From Octopus vulgaris (Eukaryota), in assembly GCA_951406725.2 (NCBI GenBank), contig OX597818.1, positions 74,958,001-75,022,000 on the forward strand: a stretch of DNA of 64,000 nucleotides, given 5' to 3'. Position 1 is the stretch's first letter. Each line of letters begins with the position of its first letter. Shown piece after piece: positions 38,688 through 52,488 of this stretch. The position numbers and the translations under genes were made by a program. The notes under the pieces are model-generated. The model ran no database searches and was not told the origin of the DNA. It worked only from the letters and a program-made list of their open reading frames with translations.

Positions 38688-41389
38688 GTGAGCAATTATG
38701 GAGTGAATTTTAGAGCTTATAAATCTAATATTTTCCTATCCTTCCCTTATACCGGTTCCCATATGCTACTCATATCTGCACTCAGTCTGCTTAGGAGGTT
38801 GTTATGTCCTAGCATATGTGCTGCTTCTTTTAGTTTTCGTATTTTCCAGTGGTGTTTCCAGTCTATTATTTCAACTTAATTCCACAGGGTTAGGTGGTCT
38901 CTGTTTTTCCGTACATGATCAACTATACCCGCATTTTCAACATCTCCTCGTGTCACAGCTTTGCGATGTTCGTCTACCCTTATTTTGAGGGGGCGGCATA
39001 TTTCGCCTTTGTATAACCTACCACAGCTACATGGGATGGAGTACACGCAGTCTTTGGTCATATTCTCTTCTATTGGTGGTTTTACTCGAAGGAGATATTT
39101 GTGAAGTGTTGTATTACTCTTGAATACCGTCCTGATGTCATATGGGTCGCATATCTTTTGTATCTTTTCGGAGAGGCCTTTCACATAGGGTAGACAGACT
39201 GTGTACAGTTTATGGCTCCATCCTCCCTCTCCTTCATAACTGGAGTGGATAATATACTTTTGGGGTAGTTGTTGTTTAAGAGATCGTTATTGAGCTTGAT
39301 CATTTCTTCGTGGTGTGTATCACGATCGCTACTTATATTCTTTGCACGTGTTTTAGGCACTGAGCAATCCTTCTCTTTACACTGTATAGATGGTGGGAAT
39401 TGAAGTTGTGGTATCGTCCAGTAAAGTCGGCTTGCGGTATACGGATATACTAAATCCATACTTGGTGCGTGTTATTGATATGTCCAGGAATGCCAGCTGA
39501 TTGTCTTTTTCCTTTTCCATTGTGAACTGTATGAATGGCTTTATTGAGTTCACATGATCTAACAGCACTTGGACATCTTCCTGGTGGGGCCAGCGTATAA
39601 AGGTGTCATCAACATATCGAATCTATAGTGTTGGTTTTAGAAGTGTTGATCCTAAAGCCAAGCTTTCAAAGTATTCCAAATTTATATGGGCAATTACCAG
39701 TGATAATGGCAAACCCATTGCTAAACCCTCCTCTTGTCAATATATATCAGTGTCCATACTGAAGCAGGTAGTTTCTACACAGAAAGTCAACATTTCGATT
39801 AAGTTTCTTATTGGTATACTAGTGCGTTCTTTTAGATGGGTGTGTGTCACCAGTTTTTCTTTTTTCACCGATAGTGTTTCACCAGTTGTGACTTCTAGAC
39901 ACAGCAACTGGTTGTATTCAATGGGAGTATTCTTGATCAATTCTGTGAAGTGGGTGGAATTCTTTACGTACGATGTTGAATTTCCTGCTAATGGAATGAT
40001 TACATCCACAAGGAAGCGGCCCAGTAGATGACATGCCGAACCTCTGCAGCTCACTATAGGTCTTAATGGAATACCATCCTTGTGAATTTTTGGGAGACCG
40101 TACATGTGTGGTAGTTTGCTGAGGTGTTGAGTCAGTTGTCTGTACTTCATTTGTGTAAAGTGATCTTTGTTCTTGATCAAGATCTGTGACAACTTCCTCT
40201 CTGTCTTCAGAGTTGGGTCTTTCTTTTCTTTGCTGTAGCTACCATCACTTATAAAAGACTTGCCAATTTTTCAGAGTAGTCAGATTTGTTCATCACCACT
40301 GTAGCATTTGCCTTTTCCGCTGGAAGCATTATGATGGAATTGTCACTCTGTAGTCTTTTGATAGCTAAATGTTCTTCCTTGGTGATGTTTGGTTTAGGAG
40401 GTTTTGCTTTTTCTAGTACCTGTCTCACTTTCAACCTTAGTTCATCTTCCTGAGCTTTTGGTAAATTTACGGCTATCTCTTCAATGGCCAAATATGGAAT
40501 ACACTTGGTGGTTGCCGCAAAGTTGAGACCTTTGTTCAGTACTGCTTCTTCAGAGCTTTCTAAGGTGTCGGCTGCTTACATTAATTACTGCATTCACAGG
40601 TGGGTAACGGATTTCAGTATTTATTCTCTGACCTTTGAATTTCATAAACGTCTTAATCTGGGGTGTCTTCACCATTTCAAATTCTTTCATGTACGACTTT
40701 TCCAGATCTTGTTGGATTCTCATTCTATCATCATCTCTGGTTACTTTCCTAAGTAATGAAGATAACCTCTCTTTGATTTCCTTACTTAATTGATCTTTTA
40801 TTTCCAACGGTTGTAATGGATCCTCTCACGGACGAAGGCATGTCCTGTCCTTTCCGCTACTCTTTTAGCTTTATGTGAACCGTCTGGTGTCATTATATTC
40901 AAACCAGGTGGTATTAGCTTTGAGTCTCTACATCTACATAAGAAAGTTAGATGGTTTGAAATACGAGCTAGTTTTTTGATGGAGTTTCTCTATATGTTTC
41001 CATTAAAGTCAAATGCCGGATCCGTACCCATTAGATAATACAGTTCTATATTTAAGTGATGAGGAATTTATGTATATTATTTACATTATTTACATTCGAT
41101 GGATATTTCGACGGATAAATACCTTAGGAATGAGAACCCAGGTTCCAAATTTCCCCAAGACTCCTGAAGAAGGCTGGAGGGTATATCAGCCGAAGCGTTG
41201 TGTTAACAACAAACAAGATAAGGAGAAATATCCGTCGAATGTAAATAATGTACATAATTCCTCATCTCTTTAATATAGAACTATACACCAAATTGTTGCG
41301 TCTGAGCCACCTTAGAGGTACTAAGAATAAATGAGCAAATATTCATTCCTGGGCTCACTGTAGACAGGATAAACAAAGATATTTTTTAT

Positions 41390-41550
41390 GTAAGTGGTTG
41401 TGTAGTAAAGAGTTTGCTTCCCACCCACATGGTCCCGGGTTCAGTCCCACTGTGTGGCATCTTGAGCAATTGTCTTCTAATGTAGCCTCGGGCCGACCAA
41501 AGCCTTGTGAGTGGACTTGGTAGAAGGAAACTGAAAAGATCGCGTCATAT
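41390..41550 (+). mobile_element. SINE family A, 5' half
   Basis: CACATGGTCCCGGGTTCAGTCCCACTG...GCCGACCAAAGCCTTGTGAGTGG. Confidence 0.8.
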
Positions 41551-41974
41551 ATGTATCTACTAAATAAATGAGAGTATAGGTGCGTATGTATCTGTGTATA
41601 GCTTGGAAAGACTCCGAAATAGTGCGTCCTTGAGAAAAATTTGCGTCCAAACAGGAAGGTATTCGGTGTTAATAAATCAATAGTTGCCTACATACATAAG
41701 AAGTCAGGCGCCAAGACACATCTCAATTGCACACATACGCGCGCGTCCGCACACATTCAAGATGACAGGCACATTCGATTTTAATTAATCAACAAATTTT
41801 CTACGAGAACTGAACTTTAGATCGATAAATCTCCCACACTTTATTTGTGTCCAACAGCCTCTCTCTCTTTTTACACCATCCCCTCTATACATGCATTTAC
41901 TACGTTCTTTATCACTCTCTATTTATGTATATTTCTCATGTATACTCTTCCTCCCTTTTTCCCCCTCCTCTCTC

Positions 41975-42067
<93 letters not shown>

Positions 42068-42504
42068 CATGTAATTGCTTTTACATGTAATTTTGACATG
42101 TAATTTTGTTTTAAAAGTCTTGTAATGCATGTTTTGATATTTTGATAGGCAGTTATCATGCAGAAGATTCTACCTTCCAAATCTTGTGTTCTGACTGGAC
42201 AAAAATTATGAAAATTAAAATATCTGTAACATTATTCTAAACTTCTTGAATACATGAATAAAATCGGATTCACCGTGGAAAAGTAGATCAATATATCAAA
42301 CTTGAAAATCTTGACTTAATTTTTATATTTCAAAATCTATGACGACAACCATTATTAATTCTAGCTTATGAGACTTCATTCAATACCTGAAACAGGTGTG
42401 CGTTGTGTCCTTGATCAAGTCGCTCTGTTCATGTTTTTTTTAGTTATCAGGAAAAGTGTACCAGTCGACTACTGGGGAAGCTCTCTCTCTCTATTTTCAA
42501 TCTT

Positions 42505-42571
<67 letters not shown>

Positions 42572-42999
42572 ATATATTTTTTCTATATTTTCGCTTGTCA
42601 AAGAAAATATTTCTCCTGCGTTCGCTATTTTACCTTCGTCTGGTCCAACGACCCTCCATGCTTGTTTTCGTTCGGTTTTACTTGCTTGTCTCCTGCTTTT
42701 GTTACCAACTTTGACCCTCCATAAAATCCCAAATTCTATTTTGGCTTTTGTAGGAGCAACTGTCTTTGAAGATGCACTCTGTCGTTCAGTGCTCGAAATG
42801 AGGAGTAGATGGGCAGCCGACAACTGATGAAGGGTCGTTTTTTATGTTATTTGTCCCGTTTTCCATTTGTTTCTCCCGTTGCTTGCGTATTTAACTTATT
42901 TGTTTTCGTATTTCACGTTGTTTACTGTTTGTGACGTCCTGTGCCCATATATGCATGTATGTATATGTGTATATATGTGTGGCGTCAGCACACCATTAT

Positions 43000-43213
43000 A
43001 GATCGTTAGCTCCTACACGCATTTTTTCTCTACTTTTTTTCTCTCCTTGTTTCTCTCCTTGTTTTTTTTCTGTGTATCTTTCTGTCGAAGAGCGTAGGCT
43101 CGAAACGTAAAATACTTTTTCTATTTCTATTCCTGAGCGCTATACTAATACATTTGTTTGTTTGTACTCCACCTGCCTTCGTCTTTTGTTTATTTTCGTA
43201 AACTTACCCGTTA
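43000..43213 (+). mobile_element. Family E terminal repeat with hammerhead-like motif at 43079-43112
   Basis: TTT-CTGTCGA-A-GAGC gtag GCTC-GAAAC-GTA-AAA; matches 6720-6925. Confidence 0.65.
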
Positions 43214-43865
43214 TATATATATGCATAAAATAAAATTGGAAAATATTTTTGGATGACTGCTTCCTCTTCTGGGATGAAAACATAGATAAACTCTTTGAGT
43301 TGAAAAGACTCCTTAATAGCATTAATACCACCATACAATTTACAATGGAACACAATCAAAAGTAACTCCCATTCCAAGGCATACTGATTAAAAAATAAAC
43401 AAAAAATAGAAACGAATATTTTTTTACAAAACCACAAACGCTAAATAATACCTATTATTTAGCTCACACCACACGAGACATATCAAAACAAATAATCCTT
43501 GCAAGAGGGATTTGCACGACAGTGTCCAAAAACAAAAAATACCAGAGAACTAAGATTGCAAGAGCTTAAAAACGTACTTCAGGACAGACACTATCCAATT
43601 CATTAAAATCGATTGACATGAAAACATTAAGAAAAGTCAAATACAATGACACACCTAGTCTGACACACTACCTTTTGTCTCCACATACAACCCCTGAAAC
43701 AAAGAAGCATTTAACAGCATTGTACAAAATCTCCCAATACTCTATGAGGACTGAAGGAAATTCTACGTATCCATAAAACCGAAAGAAGATCCTCCCAGAT
43801 AACTAATTTGTTTTTAAGAATAACGGACGCAAGAGTTAAAAAAGGGTGTCGTCCTAGCTGCGGTC

Positions 43866-44826
43866 CGATGTCTCCAGTGCGAGCAGTGGCGTGCCTCAAG
43901 GTTCAGTGCTTGGGCCCTTATTGTTCTTAGTCTTCATAAATGATTTGCCCGACGACCTCACGCAACACACCGTTCTATTTGCCGAGGATGTTAAACTGGT
44001 CGCTCCTCGCGATGATATAGAGGATCTTCGTCGATGCCTCCACCGATTTTGGAGATGGTCTAACGAATGGGACCTGTGTCTGAACGTGTCAAAGTGCTGT
44101 CATCTGCCTGTTGGCTCTCCTCCTGCAACTCAACTTGATTTCGAGCCGGGTTGTCTGCTGCTGGAGAGGACCGATCAGGTAAAGGACCTGGGTATCTTGG
44201 TGGATTCCTCCTTTTCGCCTTCGGCCTAGTGCGTCCATACTGCCAACAAAGCACGCGGAGTTCTGTTATTGATTCGACAGTCATTCGGAATGCTCACAGC
44301 AGCCATATTCATACCGCTCTATGTCACGCTGGTGAGACCCATATTGGAGTACGGGATTCAAGCCTCTTCTCCTTATCTCCTCAAAGACATACAGCATCTT
44401 GAAAGAGTCCAGAAGCTGGCTACATGCATGGTTCTTGGTCTCAAGAATTTGTCTTATGAAGAAAGGCTGAAGACGCTCGACCTTTATTCTGGTGATCTCA
44501 TTCTTGCTCACAACATCATAAGCGGAAAGTGTAAGCTCTCGAAGGAGCTGTTCTTCACTCCTGCTCCAGAGCGTCGGCTGCAGGGTCATTCCGAAAAGCT
44601 CTATCTGCGACGATTTCATCTCAATCGAAGGAGAGGGGCTTTCTCCGTCCGGGTTGCGGATCCGTGGAATAAGACGACCGCTCGGTTCAAAGTCTCCCTT
44701 GACCACAAGTAGCCTGAACTCTTTACATGAACACCACCCTGTACATAACTCCATGTCCCCCTACGTAGCCTTGCTTTTTTGCTTTTTGAGCCAAAAAATT
44801 AACTAACTAACTAACTAACTAACTAA
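43866..44826 (+). mobile_element. 5'-truncated CR1-clade LINE with (AACT)n tail
   Basis: SGVPQGSVLGPLLFLVFINDLP...LFAEDVKL...KDLGI...LYVTLVRPILEY...LERVQK. Confidence 0.92.
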
Positions 44827-45371
44827 CATGTCCCAGTCTTTTGGAAAGATAAGAATTTCAGTTTAGACAAAGGTAAAAATTCAAAATTAAATCCGACTTC
44901 ACATGCGTCTCTGAAAACCTCATTTGTGTAATCAGATGTTCGGGCTGCCATAAAAACAACAAAGTGCTGTTAGGAATGTCGGTCAGAAGGAGATGTACAG
45001 TCCACAGACAACAGATATCTTTCCCACAGTATTACCAGATATATCTGAGTGAACACGTTGACAGCTGTGCAGAACAACTGCAACCACAATTCCCATCCTT
45101 CCCATTATATCAATTTACTGTTTGGACTTCAACGCAAGTACGACTAAATAAAGAGGTCCCATTTATCGAAAAATATAAGTAAGAATTAAATACAAACCCA
45201 TACTGAAAATTAAAAATTTACTCCATCTATTGTAAGTTATAAGCCAGAATTAAATGTAAGCCAATATTAAAAATTACAGATTTACCTCCCCTTTACCGAA
45301 AAATACCTTGGTTAATAATTATCCCCACTAGCAAACAAAATGTCTAATTCAGAATTGCATCCAAGACTCAA

Positions 45372-45402
45372 AATTTGAAAAGCGATAGCGAAACCAGTAA
45401 TT
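45372..45402 (+). ncRNA. Minimal hammerhead-like motif, U3-A8 variant
   Basis: AAT-TTGAAAA-GC gata GC-GAAA ccag TA-ATT, at the position equivalent to 35042-35079. Confidence 0.5.
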
Positions 45403-45568
45403 ATGTTGGAAGAAAAAGACTTATTTTGTACAATATTGTGTAATACTTTTTCTATTATGATTCTAATATATTTTTTAGTCTCGTAAAACAAATATTCTGT
45501 ATTTTTTCATCTTATTTCTTTCCGTATATATTCAACCACGGGTAACCACCCACCATACTTTCGACCTA

Positions 45569-45612
<44 letters not shown>

Positions 45613-45938
45613 ACATACATCTGCCTGTTTCTTTATTTACGTCTTTCTCATTTTAATTTCCCCCCTTTATATATGTTTACCACAGTCTCACTCTGTACGC
45701 ATGTATATGACTCATGCTCAGATTATGTGTGTGTCTGTCTGTGTGTATTACGTGTATGTGTGTGTGCATGTGTGTAAGGAATTTTATTCGGATGAGAGAG
45801 TCGAAAGACTTTCACGAAGCATCAACAGTGAGATATGAAAAATCTTTACATATAAGATGAAAAAACACAGATTTGTTTTACAAGACTAAAGAATGTATTA
45901 GAATCATAATAGCAAAGTATTACACAATATTGTACATA

Positions 45939-46130
45939 GGCACAGGAGTGGCTGTGTGATAAGTAGCTTGCTTACCAACCACATGGTCCCGGGTTTAGTC
46001 CCACTGTGTAGCACCTTGCACAAGTGTCTTCTTACTATAGCCTCGGGCCGACCAAAGCTTTGTGAGTGGATTTGTAGACGGAAACTGGAAGAAGCCCACC
46101 GTATATATATATATGTGTGTGTGTATGTGT

Positions 46131-46167
<37 letters not shown>

Positions 46168-46169
46168 TG

Positions 46170-46209
<40 letters not shown>

Positions 46210-46412
46210 TGTGTGTTTGTCTCCCCCAACATCGCTTGACAACCGATGCTGGTGTGTTTACGTCCGCGTAACTTAGCAGTTCGGCATAAGGAACCGACAG
46301 AATAAGTACTAGGTTTACAAAGAATAAGTCCTGGAGTGGATTTGCACGACTAAAGGCGGTGGTCCAGCATGGCCGCAGTCAAATGACTGAAACAAGTAAA
46401 AGAATAAAAGAA
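45939..46412 (+). mobile_element. SINE family A, full length
   Basis: tRNA-like head, CORE-like ACCTTG.CAAGTGTCTT, central (TA)/(TG)/(TGCG) microsatellite, 3' AAAAGAAT repeats. Confidence 0.88.
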
Positions 46413-46915
46413 TATATGAATATCCACTAAATGGACGAAAACATCTTAGTTTACCGGTACATGATAAATTGCCCCACACGATGTAGAAATCTGTTCTGAT
46501 CAAGAGGTCTATCTGCCACAGAAGATATGGTCTTACATGGAACGAAAAAAAAATAAAGTAAATCATTTCATTGTGGAAATTGCCTGGCAACGACTGGATA
46601 CTGACCTAGTGTGTGTATATACATGGTGCAGGCGGTATTTGAGGACATGTGCATTTTTAGTCATTATTTTATTTGATTAATTGAATTTGAAATTCTGTTT
46701 CAAAATTAGCAATGACAGGCCTATGCTTACTAATGAAAAGGCATGTTGTGTTTGAGGATTTGAAGGCTAAGCATGGTGATTTAGAATTCTTTCGTTTTCT
46801 GAATGTACCATCACAAAAGGCTCAAATGACGCAAGAATGGATGGCATGATCACACCACTCAGAACATTTGGTCCCCTAACTCTCTAACGTTTCACCAAAA
46901 ATGAGAATTGCAAGC

Positions 46916-46992
<77 letters not shown>

Positions 46993-47045
46993 CAGACAGA
47001 ATGAGTGAGTGAGAGAGAGAGAAAGCGAGAGAGAGATTATGTATG

Positions 47046-47085
<40 letters not shown>

Positions 47086-47088
<3 letters not shown>

Positions 47089-48289
47089 GAAAGTGTGCTG
47101 AAATGTTCATAGGCTGATTATGAAGGCTTGATGCTAGAGCTATGAAATCTTGCTTGCATTAATTTCACGCCTTGCTATTAACAGATGCATTGTTTCTTTC
47201 CAGGCAAAGTAACATCTCACTGTTCGAAGAAGACTTCAAATGTAACTAGTAGCCTCTTTTCTCGAAAACCAAGAAAATTTGGCATCGTCGTTTTATCGAG
47301 TACCTGCAGAAAAAGGATTAGCCCCCAAGGACAGTCAAGCTTACATGGTTGCTACATTAAAGAATGACGCTCCAGCTCTGTTCAAAACAGGGCAGCTGAA
47401 TTTTGTAGATGGCCCAAGGTCTAGGCGTCCTGCTTCTGCCACATGGCGATGGATGACAGGCAATTGGTAATAAATCAAAAACCCAATGCTATTAGCATAT
47501 CCTAAGAGGGTGAAGAATATTCTGCACAATGAATTTGTCATGATGAAGGTTTTTGTTCGGTGGGTATTACGTTTGCTGACACCTGATTAATAGCTCACCA
47601 GGCTGACCACATCACGGGAAAAATCTGCTATTTTTTCAAGCAGCTCCAGCTAATTTCCTTCAACATTTCCTAAGCCAGGATAAGTACTGAGTTCATCACT
47701 TTTGGGCCAGAGACAAATACACAATCTATGCAGTGGAAACACTCGTTCCTACCTGCTCCAAAGATGGCCAAGGGTGTTTCATCTGTAAGGAAAGTGATGG
47801 CCTCATTTTTTCAGGTGTTACATAAGGCATTGTATTTATTGAATATCTGGAAATGGGCTATACCACCAATGGAGAGTATTGTACCAACTTGCTGAGGAAG
47901 TTACGAAAGGCTATCAAGATCTAACGCCCAAGGAAACTGATGAAAAGGTTCTTGTCTCATCAGGACAATTCTGCAGCACACAAGTCCTTGGTTTCAATGG
48001 CTGTTGTACATACCTATAGCCTTGGACTGGTTGATTACACTCCCTACTCTGACCATATATCTAATCATCATCTGTTCCCCCACATGAATAATTACTTGGC
48101 CGCGAACCAGTATCTCAGTCATATCCGCTGATGATCACTTTTTTGACCAAAAGGATAATATCTTCTTCCAAGCACTGCAATAATGATAGCAGAAGTGTGT
48201 GTACCGTAAGAGGGACTATGTTGAAATATACATCGTATTTGTTCACATATATCTCGGTCAGCCTATAGACTTTCAGCCGATCCTCGTAT
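47086..48289 (+). mobile_element. Decayed full-length mariner transposon
   Basis: TIRs TATGAAAGTGTGCTGAAATGTTCATAGGCTGA / TCAGCCTATAGACTTTCAGCCGATCCTCGTA; remnants KGLAPKD, DGPRSRRP, HQDNSAAHKS, PYSDHISNHHLFPHM. Confidence 0.88.
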
Positions 48290-48949
48290 AAGTGTATGTG
48301 TGTGTGTGTGTTGTGTGTATGTTGTGTGTGTGTTTGTGTGTTTGTGTGTGTGCGTGTGTGGGTGTGGTGTGTGTGTGTGGGTGTGTGTGTGTGTGTGTCC
48401 TCTATCACCATTTGATGACCGGTTTTGGTGTGTTTACGTTCCAGTAGCTTAGCCTTTCGGCACCAATACAATAACTACCAGGCTTAAAAGAAAAGACAAG
48501 TGCTCGGGTCGATTCGTTCGACTAAAATTCTTCTGGATGATGCCCCCACTTCAGTTAGAGTCTAATGAATTAAAAATTAAAATATGAAAGATGAAATATA
48601 ACTAGATTGATACACATGTAAATGCATGCTTACATAGATACAAAGACAGTGGCGGCCAAGACAAATGTACACTGCTCACACACAAACACACACATTCTCA
48701 CGGAGGCACGAACAAACATATGTGCATAAATGTACATATACAAGTGTGGCGTATGAGTGACTCCTTATTTCATAATGCATACATGCCAAGCTGTTTGTTT
48801 GTGAATCTGACTATTCAAAAAAAGAAACGAATTTGCTGCCAATATATTCGTTCATACGTATATACATACTCAAACACATACAAACGCGCACAAACACATA
48901 CATACACGCATGCAACATACACATACACAGACACACGCATACACCTGTT

Positions 48950-49265
48950 GTTATGTCCTATTATTTGTTTTTGTGTAAAATTCTCCTTTTTTTCCGTCCT
49001 TGTTTTCGTATACATTCGCTGCTTTCTTCTAGGGAATCTAATGCTCTTAGCTTAGTTTTTCCTTGGGGCTGGCCAGATTGGAGCAATCTCGAGTATAACC
49101 AGCCGAAATTGCAAAGATCATCTGGAAACTCGACTGAGGAAAGAAAACTCCGAAAGGCCCGTCCTTGTTTTCCTTGTATCGTCTATCGGATGTTTGTTGT
49201 CCCTTTTTTGTATCACTTAACTTTCCGGATGTTTTGCGTTATTGCCCCATTTTGTATTCTTATAT
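48950..49265 (+). mobile_element. Family D terminal repeat ending at (TA)n
   Basis: Matches the reverse complement of 11655-11920. Confidence 0.6.
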
Positions 49266-49929
49266 AATATATATATATGTGTGTATATATAAACTTAAAA
49301 TTAGATAAACGAAGATAAACGTGCATATATTTACAGAGTACCAGTGTGACGTTTCATGTAATTTGAATTTCAGCTTGAAAAAACGTTATTGATATATACA
49401 GATACTATTAATTCCTCTGATGTTGTAATTGCCAGAATTGGATAGTGAATAAAAATTGATTAATGTTCCTGTCATGGAAAGATAAACTATGTTATATAAT
49501 GCTAAGTTATATCAGATCTCCGTGTCTGTAAATATATGCACGTTTAGGTTGCATATTATCACAGGAAACTGGCTTAGATTCGGTACCAATTCTTATGCAG
49601 TGAGTAAATATGAATTGCGAGAAAACGGGGAGTGCTTTGTTTGGTTTATCAATATGTTATTGTGTCAATACTGCAACCTATCAGGACAGCTCGTCACGTA
49701 ATTTCAAGTGAACAGTACACTACCATAATTTATTATGAGTATTTGCGCATGCTATGAAGTTAATTTGTTGTTTAATCTGATTAGAATAATTCATGTGCGT
49801 TTGGCGGGGACTGGAATATTTTCTGTCCCAATCTGGCATTATGAAACTTAGCTGTTTCTTTGTGCATATTTACTACACAACCATTTATGCAAATTGAAAC
49901 AAAGAGCTACAGATATGCCGATAAAGACG

Positions 49930-50450
49930 TATAAGCATAACTGTGTGATTAAGAAGCTCGCGTAAAAGCCACATGGTTTTGGGTTCAGTCTCATTTCGCA
50001 ACACTTTGGTGAAGTTCCTTCAATTACAGTCCTGCGATGACCAATTTAGTGAGTGAATTTAGTTGACAGAGACTGTGTAGAATCCTGTCGTATATGTATA
50101 TGTGTATGTGTGTATACGAAATAAATACAAACTCAGCAACTTAAAGCTACCGTGTGGTACAGCAACAAATGTTGGGATCTAGTATTACAGCTTATTATCC
50201 TGAATCTTCGTCTTATATAATACTTATACTGATATATATGTATGTGTGTGTGTGTTAGTATGTATATATGTATGTACGTTTGAATGCATGTATATATGGA
50301 CGTATGAGTGCATGTATGTGTGTGAGTCTGTGTCTGTGTCCTATGGCTCTTTGACAACTGGTTTTGATTTGTTTATGCTCCCATATTTTTGCAGTCTGAG
50401 ATATTAAAAATAAGTACAGAGGTTGATTTGTTCGACTAAACAGTCAAGGC
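49930..50450 (+). mobile_element. Diverged SINE family A
   Basis: Degenerate head and tail modules. Confidence 0.55.
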
Positions 50451-50459
50451 GAATGTGAA

Positions 50460-51540
50460 TATCTAATATTTAGTAGACATGCACTTTGCATTTTCCCATG
50501 CAAGGACCCTATTAGACATACTACTGATCAGACGACGAATATTCTCTTGCCAAGTTTCAATCTGTGATCTCAAAAGATCTTTCTTTGAGGATACTTTTTA
50601 TGAAGTGTCTTGTCCATTATGCCCAGAGGTGTTCAATAACGTTCATATCTGGTGACTAGCTTGACCATGGAAGCTTTTTAATGCCATTCTCATACAACCA
50701 ATCTTGGGTCTTTTTAGCTGTGTGACAAGGAGTCCCATCTTCCTTAAATTAAGAGTCTTCTTTAAACATCTCACCACTGGAGAAGATTAGGAGTCCTTTC
50801 GGCAATATGGAGACATATTTATCTGAGTTTACGTTTCCCGCATACTACTCCAGCTCTAATCAACCATTGCTCCAAATTGCTTCCCACACCATCACAGAAT
50901 AGCCGCTGTGTTTAATTGTTGGCTGCAATCTTTTCACGTCAAATTCTTGGTTACAGAATCTCTAGACCCACACTCGGCCACTGTCAGAAGCTACAGCAAA
51001 TCTGGACTCATCAGAGAATATGACAGTGACCCAAAATGCTAGTGGTCTCTCCGCCATCTCGCTGGACCAATCTTTTCTCCACTTCATATTGGCTGGTCGA
51101 AGAAGTGGCTTCCTTCTTGCTGATACCCCATAGTAACCAAGTTTCTGGAGATGTTTGACAGCTGTTCTTGGACTGACATCAACTTGTTCTGCTACGTCAG
51201 AGGCCTTGCAACTAGGATAATCCTCTACACTTCTTTTAACAAAGTGAGATGTACTGTCAGAGGGCCTTGGTTTACCTGAACGAGGAGAAGTTGACTTCTT
51301 CCTCTCCTTGGTGAATTGCATAATCACTCTGTTAACTGTAGAAAGAGGAATTTCAAGGTTTTCTGTGATTTTATGCTGATTTCGTCCATTCTGATTGACC
51401 CACGATACGGCCTCTTTGAAATTCGGACAGTTACAAGTTTCCTTTTGTACGAGACATGATTAAACACTCACATATAGAACATGAAACATAAAAATGCCAA
51501 TTAATAATAAAAACATAAACCTTTTCAAGTTAAAATATAC
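50460..51540 (-). pseudogene. Decayed Tc1-family transposase
   Basis: PRSGKPR...ARRKPLL...VIFSDESRF; C-terminus LISSMSNRV...STKY. Confidence 0.88.
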
Positions 51541-52488
51541 AGAAAAGAAAATTCCACGGAAGCACGCTGTTCCTTCGTTTCAGCCATCGCAAAATTCGAC
51601 GAACAGAGGAGAAGAACTGCAAAACAGACACATCACGTGGCAATACGATCTCACGCGATAATGCCGGTCGGCACGGTGATACCTGAGGATCGCATCAAGT
51701 GGCTTCTAGAGGGATTGTCCCACGGGTTTGTCCCACAGAGAACGTTTCCCGTTACTTTTCGGTACCTCCTCGTAGAAATGTCTGTACTGAAGTACGCACA
51801 TATATACGTATATGCAGATATAGATATAAATGTGTGTGCATATATAAACTTTATATATACAAATATGTATACATATGTAGAAATGCAATGAACAAATAAG
51901 AAATGAAAAAACATGATGTCAAATATTATATTAGTTAATCGCTTAAAACAAGGAAGGAAAATATGGCTTAACGTTTCAAACATTAGTTCTTCTTCGAAAG
52001 AAAAGGATTGGAGTTATTAGAAAAAAGAAATGTTTTTGAGGTGGGAAAGTGGTTAAGTGAGGACTTGGGAGCCAGGTAGTAATGCAGCTATAAGGAAGAG
52101 ATAAGAAGGGAGGAGTGGTCGGTCATTGAGATGCGCATAAATGTGTCAAGCGGTGTGAATTGTTTGTTGTGCGACGTAGAGGTGTATAGAGGTGTCCAGC
52201 TTGGGAAGTACAATGGTGCTAGTAGAAGTGTGAGATGTCGGTGTGTGAGTGTGTGCGTGTATGTGTTTTTGTGCGTGTATGTATGTGTAATAGTATTGTG
52301 TATGTGAGGAATACATGAAAGTGAAGAGGTGAGAGTGGAAACGAGAGCGCGGTGAGGGTGAAGGCAAGTAAAATGTGAATGTGTGATTGGAGTGTATGCA
52401 AGAGTAGACAGGAAAGAAGAACGTAGGTGGATGAGCAAACATCAGAAAATTCATAGTAGTGGCATATCTACAAATGTTATTCTATATA

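Larger units (their letters stand above)
38465..41285 (-). mobile_element. Near full-length decayed Poseidon/Penelope-type PLE (RT plus C-terminal GIY-YIG) with inverted terminal repeat
   Basis: Minus-strand motifs LNKGLNFA, MYGLPKIHKDGIPLRPIVS, GLAMGLPLS, RYVDDTF, IQFTMEKE...AFLDI, VYSIPCSCGRLYKGE. 38465-38600 is the reverse complement of 41115-41255. Confidence 0.93.
43225..45570 (+). mobile_element. Old Neptune-type PLE (RT C-terminal half plus GIY-YIG), interrupted by a CR1 LINE
   Basis: WKIFLDDCFLFW...IQFTMEH...; VKKGCRPSCG | insertion | TCPSLLE...FKIKSDFTCVSENLICVIRCSGC, collinear with ORF 33948-34418. Confidence 0.85.

Noticed and set aside
44800-44826. (AACT)n as a telomere-like repeat
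   Set aside because: It is the 3' tandem tail of the CR1 element
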